Origin: an uncultured Pseudomonadota bacterium
GTDB lineage: Bacteria; Pseudomonadota; Gammaproteobacteria; Steroidobacterales; Steroidobacteraceae
Reading direction: 5' to 3'
Length of the DNA: 64,000 nt
NCBI GenBank assembly: GCA_903832085.1
Contig: CAIKZZ010000032.1
Span: forward strand, 7,275 to 71,274
Part shown: one piece after another, positions 36,950 through 46,101 of the stretch
Position numbering within the stretch: position 1 is the stretch's first letter
How the letters are laid out: each line of letters starts with the position of its first letter
Made by a program: the position numbers and the translations under genes
The notes under the pieces: generated by a model
Told to the model about the DNA's origin: nothing
Seen by the model: the letters and a program-made list of their open reading frames with translations, nothing else
Databases searched by the model: none

Positions 36950-37761
36950 GCCGCTGGCTGAGTATGCTTATCTGCGCGGCGTGCCATGACAGCGGCAATC
37001 AGCACACACGCCCCCACTGCGGCAATGATTAGTGTTGCGAGTGCATTCACATCCGGACTGACTCCCAATTTCACCTTCGCATAAATAATCATCGGCAAGG
37101 TACTTGCCCGTGGGCCCGATACAAAAGTTGAGATCACCAGATCATCCAGTGACAAGGTAAAACTCAGCAGCCAACTCGACACCAGTGCGGGGCGAATAAT
37201 CGGCAAGGTTATATCCCAGAATGCCTCCAGCGGTCTTGCCCCTAAATCCATCGCCGCATCCTCAAGCGCGACATCGGCGCTTTGCAGACGCGCCTGCACG
37301 GTAATAGCTACATACGCGGTACAAAACGCCACGTGCGATAGCACGATGGTCAACATACCGCGGTGTGGCCAACCGAATAGTTGCAGCATCGACACAAACA
37401 GCAGTAATTGCGTGATGCCGGTAATAATCTCTGGCATCACGAGCGGCGCATGCACCATGCCCGTCAACAGCAAGCGACCACGAAAGCGCGCAAAGCGCAC
37501 TAAGGCGATGGCAGCGAGCGTGCCGAGCACTAGCGCGAGAGTTGAGGCAATGACGGCGATTAGTAAGGATAAGCGGGCAGCATGCAGAATCTGCGTGTTG
37601 TGGGCTAACGCCACATACCAATTGGTGGAAAACCCACCCCACACGCTTGCTAGTGCCGAGGCGTTGAATGAATACGCAATGAGGACCAGCATTGGTATAT
37701 ACAAAAAAGCAACGCCGATACCGAATACCGTCATCAGAAAAGGTGACACGCGCCTAGTCAT
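36946..37761 (-). CDS. ABC transporter permease (PotC/PotI-like)
   Basis: 271 aa, six hydrophobic spans, EAA-like loop ALEDAAMDLGARPLEAFWDITLP. Confidence 0.85.
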   Translation of the reverse strand: MTRRVSPFLMTVFGIGVAFLYIPMLVLIAYSFNASALASVWGGFSTNWYVALAHNTQILHAARLSLLIAVIASTLALVLGTLAAIALVRFARFRGRLLLTGMVHAPLVMPEIITGITQLLLFVSMLQLFGWPHRGMLTIVLSHVAFCTAYVAITVQARLQSADVALEDAAMDLGARPLEAFWDITLPIIRPALVSSWLLSFTLSLDDLVISTFVSGPRASTLPMIIYAKVKLGVSPDVNALATLIIAAVGACVLIAAVMARRADKHTQPAA

Positions 37762-37763
37762 CT

Positions 37764-38750
37764 TCAGTGTTCCAGCTGCTTGATGCGCGCGTGCTGATAC
37801 AGCGCCAGAGGGCCGGCGAGGACCACCAAAAAGGCTACCGACACGGCAGCCGCAACCGGCCAGTCGTGGTTGCTAAAAAACTCATCCCACAACACGCGCC
37901 CAATCATCAGGTTATCCGGCCCACCGAGGAGCGCTGGAATCACGTACTCACCAATCGCGGGGATAAAAACCAACATCGAGCCTGCGATCACGCCAGGCAT
38001 CGATAGCGGCAAGGTCACATCGACAAAGGCGCGCCAGGGTCTACTGCCCAAATCCGATGCCGCCTCAAGCAGCGTCATGTCGAGCTTTTCTAAAGTGGCA
38101 TACAGCGGTAAAACCATAAAAGGCAAATACGAATACACGATTCCTAAGTACACCGCGAGCGTTGTGCGCATGATCTTCAGTGGCTGATCAATCACGTGCA
38201 GCCACAACAGTACGGTGTTAAGTAAGCCGTTGTCCCGAATCACTCCCTCAAGCGCATAGACCCGCAGCAAGAAGGACGTCCAAAACGGCAGAATGATGAT
38301 TAAGAGCAAAATGCTTTGGGTGGATTTTTTGGCACGTGCCATCGCGTACGCCATGGGATAACCCAGCGCCAAACACGCCAAGGTCGCAAAAAACGCCGTC
38401 TTCAACGAATACAAATACGAGATCGCATAGACCCCGTCGGTCAAAAGATAACGATAGTTTTTAAGGTGCAAGACCAAATGCCCGCCGCCCCCCACCACCG
38501 TCTGCCACAGCGCACTAAAAGGCGGGATGGACAGACTTGCTTCAGAGAAGCTGATCTTGAGGGCAAAGACGAACGGGATTAGAAAAAACACTGCCAGAAA
38601 CACCAGTGGCGGCGCCACAATCAGCCCGCGTCCGGCCCACATCGCGGCTTTAAGCCAAAAAGGTGCCGCCCGTACCCCATCGACGGGAATCTCACCCCGC
38701 GAGGCGGCGGGCAGGTTATTCTTCTTGTCGATCGCGGTGTGGGTGCTCAC
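37764..38750 (-). CDS. ABC transporter permease (PotB/PotH-like)
   Basis: Track ORF extends to 38834. I prefer GTG 38750 (VSTHTAIDKK...), which has AGGA about 11 nt upstream and gives ~328 aa. EAA loop LLEAASDLGSRPWRAFVDVTLP. The start is uncertain. Confidence 0.8.
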   Translation of the reverse strand: MSTHTAIDKKNNLPAASRGEIPVDGVRAAPFWLKAAMWAGRGLIVAPPLVFLAVFFLIPFVFALKISFSEASLSIPPFSALWQTVVGGGGHLVLHLKNYRYLLTDGVYAISYLYSLKTAFFATLACLALGYPMAYAMARAKKSTQSILLLIIILPFWTSFLLRVYALEGVIRDNGLLNTVLLWLHVIDQPLKIMRTTLAVYLGIVYSYLPFMVLPLYATLEKLDMTLLEAASDLGSRPWRAFVDVTLPLSMPGVIAGSMLVFIPAIGEYVIPALLGGPDNLMIGRVLWDEFFSNHDWPVAAAVSVAFLVVLAGPLALYQHARIKQLEH

Positions 38751-38847
38751 GCGCCGAAGTGTCCTTGTCAGCAGGCAAAGGGCATACAACGAGTCTGCAC
38801 CAGAGTCGTACAATCCGAAAGGCCATCCCTGCACAAAACGCTATCCC

Positions 38848-40542
38848 ATGACCGAGCCTTTAGATCTACCTGCCGATCTGCTGACAGCCGAATCCACCGG
38901 TCAGCGGCCGCGTGCGGCGCATGCTCGCCAGCGCCAGCACCTGATCGATGCTTGCATCTCGGCACTGCACGTACACGGGCCCTCAAATACCACGGTTGAA
39001 AAGGTCGTGGCCATCGCCGGCATGTCACCCGGGATTGTGCGTTTTTACTTTGCCTCCAAAGCCGCCATGCTGGTGGCATCCTTGGAGCACTTATCACGCG
39101 AGTTTGAGGAGCAACTGCTGCTGCCGGTGGCAGCACTGAAGCACACGCCAGTACTCGCTCTCACCCGTTTGGTGGAACTGTACTTAGGACCTGAGCTCGC
39201 CAGTACCCGCAAAGTGTCGGTGTGGTACTCGTTCTGGGGAGAAGCAAGCTCGCGTCAAGAGTATTACGACATCTGCGGCAAGCGCGATGCGCGCTTTGAA
39301 GCACTGGTCGGCGAACTCATTAAGGCGCTGATTGTGGATACACGTAGCGTCCATCTGGATGCCGATGGGATTGCGCTCGGATTCATTGGCGTGCTTGAGA
39401 TCCTCTGGCAAGGTTACGCATTTCAGTCAGAGCAAGCCATTGATCGCGCGGCCGCTAAGCGCCGCTGTATGGCCTATTTAAATTCGGTTTTTCCAGATCA
39501 GTTCGGGTTAAGCGCACGCAGTCAGGCGACTCACAGCGCTTTACCCGCGAGCGCCTACAGCAACGCCGCACTCTTTGCACTTGAGCGCAGCGAGTTATAT
39601 GCACATGCTAGTCACTGTGTGGGACTTAACTCTGACATTCCATCAGCAGGCGATTACTTGACGCTTGATGCGCCAATGACGCGCGCACTCGTACTACGCG
39701 ATGCCAATGGCGCGCTGCATGCCTATGCCAATCACTGCGCAGTGCGCCCCCATGCACTCGTGACAGCACGACACGGCAAGCTCACGGATCACACGTTGCT
39801 CTGCCCCAGCCACGGGCACGCCCATACTCTTGCAACCGATCCGAGGCTACCAAACGCCACCGTTTTACGACCCCTGATGCTCAACGTGGTGGGCGGTCTA
39901 CTCTTGGTGAGCAGCAGTGAGCAAGCCCCGCCACTGGCTGGAGCCGCACTCGCGGCAGCATCACGCGAGTGGACTTTGCTGCCGGCGATTCCTGATGTTG
40001 AGATTGCAGCTGACTGGAAAGTGCTGGTCGAAGGCTGGCTGGCAAACGATGAGTGGAGCGCAGACCCTAGGTCTGCAATGGCCGCGATGACAGTCAATAC
40101 TGTGCTGGATTCGACTAGCAGCCGCATGCAATTGAGATCTTTCAGTGCCAAACGGCGCGAGTCGCTCGTCAAGCACCTAGAGCCTTCCGAGACATACTGC
40201 AGTTTTATCGCACCCAATCAGCTCATTGAACTCATGCCAGCGGGCTTGAGTATCACGCAACTGCTGCCCGTGGCACCGGGTCGATGCCGCGTACGGACGT
40301 GGCTCTACCGGCCCACCACACCCACCCGCTATGATCGGGCACTCGCGTATCTCAACCGTCGCCTGCAAAGGCAGCAACTGGCCCACGATGGGGCACTTGC
40401 TGAGTCCATCCAACAAGGACTGGAGGCCGGACTCGGCGCAGCAAGTGCTTACTCACGATCAAGCGCCCCATTGATGGCATTTCACCATATGATTAGTACC
40501 CTCATCACCGGCAGCCGCCGCCCTTTTGGAGAGACCCCATGA
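38848..40542 (+). CDS. BetI-like TetR-family regulator fused to a Rieske-oxygenase-alpha-like domain with degenerate metal ligands
   Basis: Track ORF starts at 38527 but overlaps the permease gene; ATG 38848 (MTEPLDL...) gives 564 aa. The first ~215 aa are TetR/BetI-like (TTVEKVVAIAGMSPGIVRFYFASKAAML; WYSFWGEASS). The remainder is collinear with the neighbouring Rieske oxygenases (LPASAY.., LVLRDANGALHAYANHCAVRPHAL...CPSHGH, DWKVLVEGWLANDEW). Confidence 0.7.
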   Translation: MTEPLDLPADLLTAESTGQRPRAAHARQRQHLIDACISALHVHGPSNTTVEKVVAIAGMSPGIVRFYFASKAAMLVASLEHLSREFEEQLLLPVAALKHTPVLALTRLVELYLGPELASTRKVSVWYSFWGEASSRQEYYDICGKRDARFEALVGELIKALIVDTRSVHLDADGIALGFIGVLEILWQGYAFQSEQAIDRAAAKRRCMAYLNSVFPDQFGLSARSQATHSALPASAYSNAALFALERSELYAHASHCVGLNSDIPSAGDYLTLDAPMTRALVLRDANGALHAYANHCAVRPHALVTARHGKLTDHTLLCPSHGHAHTLATDPRLPNATVLRPLMLNVVGGLLLVSSSEQAPPLAGAALAAASREWTLLPAIPDVEIAADWKVLVEGWLANDEWSADPRSAMAAMTVNTVLDSTSSRMQLRSFSAKRRESLVKHLEPSETYCSFIAPNQLIELMPAGLSITQLLPVAPGRCRVRTWLYRPTTPTRYDRALAYLNRRLQRQQLAHDGALAESIQQGLEAGLGAASAYSRSSAPLMAFHHMISTLITGSRRPFGETP

Positions 40543-42029
40543 CCACCCTCAGCACCAAAGACTGGCACGGCCGCGCCGCTGCACTGACCTACCCCACCGG
40601 ACACTACATTGATGGCGCGCACGTCCCCAGCACTGGCAAGCGCTTTACGGTGACAAACCCTGCGACCAACCAACCCTTGTGCGAAGTCGCCGCGGGTGGT
40701 GCGCAGGAAATTGATCTCGCAGTGGCCTCTGGCAAGCGGGCTTTTCGTTCAGGATCTTGGCGGCGTATGGCGCCACGTGACCGCCTCGCGGTGTTGTCAC
40801 GCTTTGCGCAATTAATTGAGAAAAATGCCGAGCGCTTCGCGCTGCTTGACACGCTGTGCATGGGTAAGCCTATCAACGACATGCTCTGCATCGACATCCC
40901 ACAAGCGGTCCTGACCTTCACCTACTTTGCGGAACTGTCGGACAAGATCGACGGTTCAGTCACCGCCACCGCCTCGGATGCCTTTCATTACATCCTGCGT
41001 GAGCCACTCGGCGTCGTGGGCTGCATCGTGCCGTGGAACTATCCGCTACTGATGGCTTCCTGGAAAATCGCTCCCGCTCTTGCTGCGGGTAACTCAGTGG
41101 TGTTAAAGCCCGCCGAACAATCCCCACTATCAGCGCTCTTGATGGCGGAGCTCTTTGTAGAGGCAGGCGCGCCAGCGGGCGTCCTTAACGTCGTCAATGG
41201 CATGGGCGAGTCTGCGGGAGCGGCGCTTGCGCTGCACACTGATGTGGCCAAGATTGCGTTTACCGGATCCACCGAAATTGGCAAGCTGATGCTGACCTAT
41301 GCGGGTCAGTCCAACATGAAGCGCGTGAGTCTTGAGTGTGGCGGTAAATCGCCGCAGATTTTCTTAGGCGATGTGGGTGATTTGGATCGTGCGGTGACCT
41401 ATGCGATCAACGGCATCTTTGGCAACATGGGTGAGGTCTGCAATGCAGGCTCACGGCTACTCATCGATCAATCCATCGTGGAGGAGTTCGTGGCGCGCTT
41501 TGTCGCCAAAGGCAAAACCGCGTTTGTGGCGGGTGATCCACTGGATCCTGCCACCAACTTAGGCCCCCTCGTCACTGCCTCGCATCGTGCGCGTGTGCTC
41601 GACTACATCGGCACCGGTAAGCGGGAGGGTGCGCGCCTTGAGTTCGGCGGCGATGCGCCAGCACTGCCTGGCAGCTATGTGAATCCGACGTTGTTTTCGG
41701 GTGTCACCAACCAGATGGCCATTGCGCGCGAGGAAATCTTTGGACCCGTGGCATCGGCCATTGCAGTCAATGGCATCGACGAGGCGATCGCGATCGCAAA
41801 CGACTCGATCTATGGCCTTGCGGCATCTGTCTGGACGCAAGACTTAAGCACTGCACACAAGGCCGTTCGGGATCTAGAGGCGGGCGTGATCTGGGTCAAT
41901 TGCTTTGATCATGGCGACATGACGCAGCCCTTCGGCGGCTACAAGCAATCGGGTCATGGTCGCGACAAATGCTTAGAAAGCTTACTTGGCTACACGCAGA
42001 CAAAATCCGCTTGGATCCACTTAGGCTAG
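40539..42029 (+). CDS. NAD(P)+-dependent aldehyde dehydrogenase (betaine-/aminoaldehyde dehydrogenase-like)
   Basis: 496 aa. The ATGA start overlaps the preceding stop. Has LECGGKSPQIF and GEVCNAGSR. Confidence 0.85.
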   Translation: MTTLSTKDWHGRAAALTYPTGHYIDGAHVPSTGKRFTVTNPATNQPLCEVAAGGAQEIDLAVASGKRAFRSGSWRRMAPRDRLAVLSRFAQLIEKNAERFALLDTLCMGKPINDMLCIDIPQAVLTFTYFAELSDKIDGSVTATASDAFHYILREPLGVVGCIVPWNYPLLMASWKIAPALAAGNSVVLKPAEQSPLSALLMAELFVEAGAPAGVLNVVNGMGESAGAALALHTDVAKIAFTGSTEIGKLMLTYAGQSNMKRVSLECGGKSPQIFLGDVGDLDRAVTYAINGIFGNMGEVCNAGSRLLIDQSIVEEFVARFVAKGKTAFVAGDPLDPATNLGPLVTASHRARVLDYIGTGKREGARLEFGGDAPALPGSYVNPTLFSGVTNQMAIAREEIFGPVASAIAVNGIDEAIAIANDSIYGLAASVWTQDLSTAHKAVRDLEAGVIWVNCFDHGDMTQPFGGYKQSGHGRDKCLESLLGYTQTKSAWIHLG

Positions 42030-42064
42030 TAAGACTACAGACTTCTAAGGGCTACTCAAGGCAC

Positions 42065-43228
42065 TTAAGGTCGCGACAGTTCCGCCTTCAACCATGCGTG
42101 TAGGCGGAACACGTCGTACTCTTCTGGCATGAGCATGCCGGCGTGATGCACGCGGGCATGCAGACCTGCTTGATTTAATTCGCACACGGCTGCGTCCTCC
42201 GTCATCACTTGCTCGGAGAACGCCCACACGTTTGCGATATCTACCGCTGGGTCTGCCAACGTGGCTCGCGGAAACAACCACTCGATCTCAAGTTCGGTGG
42301 TCTCAGGTCCTAGTGGCAGCAAACGGGTAGAGCGCACGTGATCCACATGTGCCACCAGATAATGCGACGGCAGACTCGTCATGTAGTGATAACCGATGCG
42401 CCGCTCCTCCGAAGTCAACTCCGCAAACTCGTGCCCCAAGGACTGTCCATCCACGCTCCACGTCGCGGCCCCAGCACGCAAACCCCCTTTATATAAGGGC
42501 TCCGTCGTCGCGGTATGCGTAGCCCAGTTTGGATCATCGCGTTCTTCCATGATGCCGCGCTTGTAGATCGGTACGAGCTGACTTAACGCTGGGTGTACAG
42601 ACGGGCAATGCAGGCACTCGTTGTAATTTTCCCAAAAGATTTTCCAATTACAGCGCAGGATTTTTTTCGTGCGATGTCCAACAATAAGATCCTCTAATGG
42701 CCAGTGCTGCAGGGTCTGCGCATTGCCATTAAAATGATTTGCCACCGCACCTTTCACATGGCTTAGATTTGCGTACACGAAGCCGCGCCACTCGGTTAGC
42801 GCAATGGGATACAGCGCTGTGTGCTCCATATCGATGTAATGCTCGCGTCCCGAACTCGGGATGCGCGCCAACTCACCGCTCAAGCGATAGCTCCAAGCAT
42901 GATACGGGCACGTAATCGATTTATTGGCGAACGTTCCTGAAGGCTCACTACACAAGAGTGCGCCACGGTGCCGGCAGGTGTTGTAGTAAGCACGTAGTGC
43001 GCCGTGGCTGTCGCGCACCACCAAGATGGGCTGCGTGCCAAGCGTATAGGTGCGAAAGGAGCCGTTGTCGGGCCAACTCGATGCCCGCCCCAGATACACC
43101 CAGTTGCGATACCAGATCGCGTTCAGCTCCTGCTGATACTGAGCCTCATCAAAATACCAGCTTGCCGGCAGACTCGGCTCCGGGGATTTAAGACCCGTAA
43201 ACGCGCCACTGGTTGGATCTTGCGCCAC
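42065..43228 (-). CDS. Rieske [2Fe-2S] non-haem-iron oxygenase, alpha subunit type (GbcA/CntA/Stc2-like)
   Basis: 387 aa. Rieske motif CRHRGALL...CPYHAWSY and mononuclear iron motif NWKIFWENYNECLHCPSVH. Confidence 0.85.
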   Translation of the reverse strand: MAQDPTSGAFTGLKSPEPSLPASWYFDEAQYQQELNAIWYRNWVYLGRASSWPDNGSFRTYTLGTQPILVVRDSHGALRAYYNTCRHRGALLCSEPSGTFANKSITCPYHAWSYRLSGELARIPSSGREHYIDMEHTALYPIALTEWRGFVYANLSHVKGAVANHFNGNAQTLQHWPLEDLIVGHRTKKILRCNWKIFWENYNECLHCPSVHPALSQLVPIYKRGIMEERDDPNWATHTATTEPLYKGGLRAGAATWSVDGQSLGHEFAELTSEERRIGYHYMTSLPSHYLVAHVDHVRSTRLLPLGPETTELEIEWLFPRATLADPAVDIANVWAFSEQVMTEDAAVCELNQAGLHARVHHAGMLMPEEYDVFRLHAWLKAELSRP

Positions 43229-43231
43229 GCC

Positions 43232-44431
43232 TTAACCGACAGTGCGCTCAACGAAGGATTGAGGCGCGCAAGGCTCACGTGTCTCAGGGATTTTCTCACG
43301 CAATAAATCGTGAAAGCGTAGCAGCCAACGCTCGATCGAGGACAATGGTCCTGGCGTATAGGATGGCGACTCAAGGCCCCGCTGTACCCGCTCACACAGC
43401 CAACGGTCTTCCTTGTTCACTTCGTTGTTGATGCGACTGCCCAAGCGACGCAAGACATGCATCTCGCGCCGCGCGTCGGGCAGCCCAAAAATCGCATAGC
43501 GGGTCACGCACTTACCTGGTCCACGCGGGAGCACTTGAAAAAAATCCATCTGCTCAGGGTAGACATCAATCCCAATGTTGGGGAGCATGCTGTAAAAGCG
43601 CCAGCAGCGCTGATGATCCTTTGGCAAATGATCCACCAAACCCGGCAGCAAGGTCTGGTAGTAGCGCTCGCTCCAACGCGACGAGGGCTGCTCACGGATC
43701 CAACTCGTGCCGCGCGCAACGAGTCCTGCGCCCCGCTGATCCAGATAATCGGGCGTGAACATCCGATTCAATCCCGGGTGTCCAATGGGCACGTGATAGG
43801 ACTCAAGATAATTGTCGATGGCGATTTTCCAGTCAACCGGCCACTCATCTTCCATAATTGGCGTGAGCGGCACCAGTTCCTCAAAGCGGTAGGGCGCCAG
43901 TTCCTCAGCAAAAGGTGCCCAACCATCGGCCACCGATTGAGCGGGTTTGCTCGGCGTTGTGCAAACGAACACAAAGCCTAGGTAAATTTCCGTGTGCACT
44001 GACTTTAAGCCGTTGGCGCTTTTATCAAAATCCACAAAGGTGTCGCGACTCGGCACGCCGATGAGCGCGCCATCAAGTCCATAGGACCAGCCGTGATACG
44101 GGCACACCATCGGCCCCGCGCAATGGCCGGCGCCGTCAAGCAAGCGCGCGCCGCGGTGACGACAGACGTTGTGATGGGCGCGTATATGACCTTCGCGATC
44201 GCGCACCACAAGAATGCTGTCGGCGCCCAACTCAAGCGTGATGTAATCGCCAGGCTTTGGGATCGAACTCGTGTGGCAGGCAATCTGCCAACTCGGCCGC
44301 AATATCCGCTCAAGCTCCAAGCGCGTGAGCGTCGCGTGGTTATAGACCCACGCGGGCAAGGCTATAGGGCCGGCAGTCACCCCAGGACTACCCGAAGGCG
44401 AGGCTTTGAACTGGTTCGGCGCGGTTGCCAT
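43232..44431 (-). CDS. Rieske [2Fe-2S] non-haem-iron oxygenase, alpha subunit type (second paralogue)
   Basis: Has CRHRGARLLDG...CPYHGWSYGLDG and DWKIAIDNYLESYHVPIGH. The start is either ATG 44431 (MATAPNQF...) or the track start 44494. Confidence 0.85.
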   Translation of the reverse strand: MATAPNQFKASPSGSPGVTAGPIALPAWVYNHATLTRLELERILRPSWQIACHTSSIPKPGDYITLELGADSILVVRDREGHIRAHHNVCRHRGARLLDGAGHCAGPMVCPYHGWSYGLDGALIGVPSRDTFVDFDKSANGLKSVHTEIYLGFVFVCTTPSKPAQSVADGWAPFAEELAPYRFEELVPLTPIMEDEWPVDWKIAIDNYLESYHVPIGHPGLNRMFTPDYLDQRGAGLVARGTSWIREQPSSRWSERYYQTLLPGLVDHLPKDHQRCWRFYSMLPNIGIDVYPEQMDFFQVLPRGPGKCVTRYAIFGLPDARREMHVLRRLGSRINNEVNKEDRWLCERVQRGLESPSYTPGPLSSIERWLLRFHDLLREKIPETREPCAPQSFVERTVG

Positions 44432-44519
44432 CGCTGTCTCAATTTGTGTGTTTATACAATAAGACAATGTACTCGCGACGCTATAGAGAGGCAAGTCGTT
44501 CGTGTAATACAGAAATAAT

Positions 44520-44630
44520 TAAACTATATAAATCAACGTTTTATATAAATACATGGGCCTTTTTATCGACGAAGAGTAGCCCTTTCAAGGGGGCTTTATA
44601 AGCTATTTTTATATACCCATATAAATTTTT
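44520..44630. promoter_or_regulatory. Strikingly AT-rich divergent promoter region with three (T/C)ATATAAAT repeats
   Basis: TATATAAAT at 44525-44533 and 44542-44550, and CATATAAAT at 44618-44626. A small hairpin AGCCC-tttcaag-GGGCT lies between them. The region sits between the Rieske operon and the class-III aminotransferase. Confidence 0.4.
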
Positions 44631-44697
44631 GTGACGGGCTAAAGTGCAAGTGCTAGCCTTTTAGCTTGCCGCCATACCGGCCGGCTCGGGACCTGTC

Positions 44698-46023
44698 ATG
44701 CCACGCGACCTCACCAAAAGCCATCAACAGTGGCAAAAAGCTGTCACCAAACTCCCGCTCGGGGTGGCCTCCAATTTTCGCTACTGGGGCGAGGAGCGCA
44801 CCATCTACGTCAAGCACGGCCGTGGCGCACGATTGACGGATATCGACGACAACGTGTACGTGGACTACCGCCTCGGCTACGGGCCTGCGATCTTAGGCTA
44901 CGCCCACCCCGAGGTGGATGCCGCCGCGCATGAGGGCATGAGCGTGGGTGGCGTCTTTGCGCTATCCACCGAACGCGAGTACACGGTCGCAGCACAGATC
45001 TCCAAAATGGTGCCGGCAGCGGAGCTGGTGCGCTTTTCTAACTCGGGCACCGAAGCGGTCATGGCGGGTTTGCGCCTCGCACGCGCGTACACCCAGCGCG
45101 ATGATTACATCATTCTGGAAGGCAGCTACCACGGGCTCTTTGATGCGGCCATGTGGTACACCCCGATGGAAGAATGGAGCCAGCGAGGCGAGCCGGAAGT
45201 GCGCCCCTATAGCGAGGGAATTCCACTCGGCGTTAGGGGCTTTGCACATTTTGTGCAAGCGAATGATGCCAACCAACTCGAAGACACCTTCAAGCGCACG
45301 GCCGGTAAAATTGCCTGTTTGCTGCTCGAGCCAATTATGGGCAACTGTCTAGGCATTGCGGCGGAACCTGAGTACTTAAAGGCCGCACGCGCACTGTGCG
45401 ACAAGTACGGCACGGTGCTGCTCATTGATGAGGTAAAAACCGGCTTTCGCGTCGCCCGCGGCGGCGTGCAGGAGCTGTATGGCATCAAAGCGGATCTATG
45501 CACGTTTGCCAAGGCCGTGGCCAATGGCTATCCGATCTCCGTACTCGCCGGCCGCGAAGACATCATGCGTAAGCTCGGTCGTGGGGTGGCCCATGGCGGC
45601 ACCTACACCGCCCACTCGGTCTCGCTCGCAGCAGCCGAGGCTTGCCTGCGCATCTTAGATGAAACCGATGCCTTGAGCCGCATTGCGAGCTACGGCACAC
45701 GCCTAGCCCTGGGCATGAGCACGATTTTGGATGCGCGCGGCATCCCGCACAGCTTTGTCGGCCATCCGTCCATGATGGGCCTGTATTTTGGCGCCGAGCC
45801 GCCACGCAATTACCGCACCTGGAAAGGCAGTGACTATGCTTTTTACGATGCCATGGCTCAGGTACTGCACGATGAGGGCGTGCTGTGCGAGCCGGACTCG
45901 CGCGAACCGTGGTTTATCTCAGCGGCACATGACGAGAGCTGTCTCGGCGACACCCTGCGTGGTTTTGAGGTCGCCGTGGACATGACCCTCGCCGCCCGCG
46001 GCCAGGGCACAGGCGCGGCTTAA
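44698..46023 (+). CDS. Class-III PLP aminotransferase (glutamate-1-semialdehyde aminomutase-like / omega-aminotransferase)
   Basis: 441 aa. Has FSNSGTEAVMAGLRLAR and the PLP-lysine region LLIDEVKTGFRVARGG. Confidence 0.8.
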   Translation: MPRDLTKSHQQWQKAVTKLPLGVASNFRYWGEERTIYVKHGRGARLTDIDDNVYVDYRLGYGPAILGYAHPEVDAAAHEGMSVGGVFALSTEREYTVAAQISKMVPAAELVRFSNSGTEAVMAGLRLARAYTQRDDYIILEGSYHGLFDAAMWYTPMEEWSQRGEPEVRPYSEGIPLGVRGFAHFVQANDANQLEDTFKRTAGKIACLLLEPIMGNCLGIAAEPEYLKAARALCDKYGTVLLIDEVKTGFRVARGGVQELYGIKADLCTFAKAVANGYPISVLAGREDIMRKLGRGVAHGGTYTAHSVSLAAAEACLRILDETDALSRIASYGTRLALGMSTILDARGIPHSFVGHPSMMGLYFGAEPPRNYRTWKGSDYAFYDAMAQVLHDEGVLCEPDSREPWFISAAHDESCLGDTLRGFEVAVDMTLAARGQGTGAA

Positions 46024-46101
46024 GCGCAGAGTATTCGCGGTGGGCCCCGAGGTCAGTTAGCATCAAGCCATCCCCCATCCCCGTGGGCACTTGAGGAGCG
46101 C

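Noticed and set aside
38527-38847. Upstream 107-codon extension of the TetR-Rieske ORF given in the track.
   Set aside because: It overlaps the 5' part of the PotB-like permease gene on the other strand and is Arg/Ser-rich. The TetR-like sequence only starts after ATG 38848.
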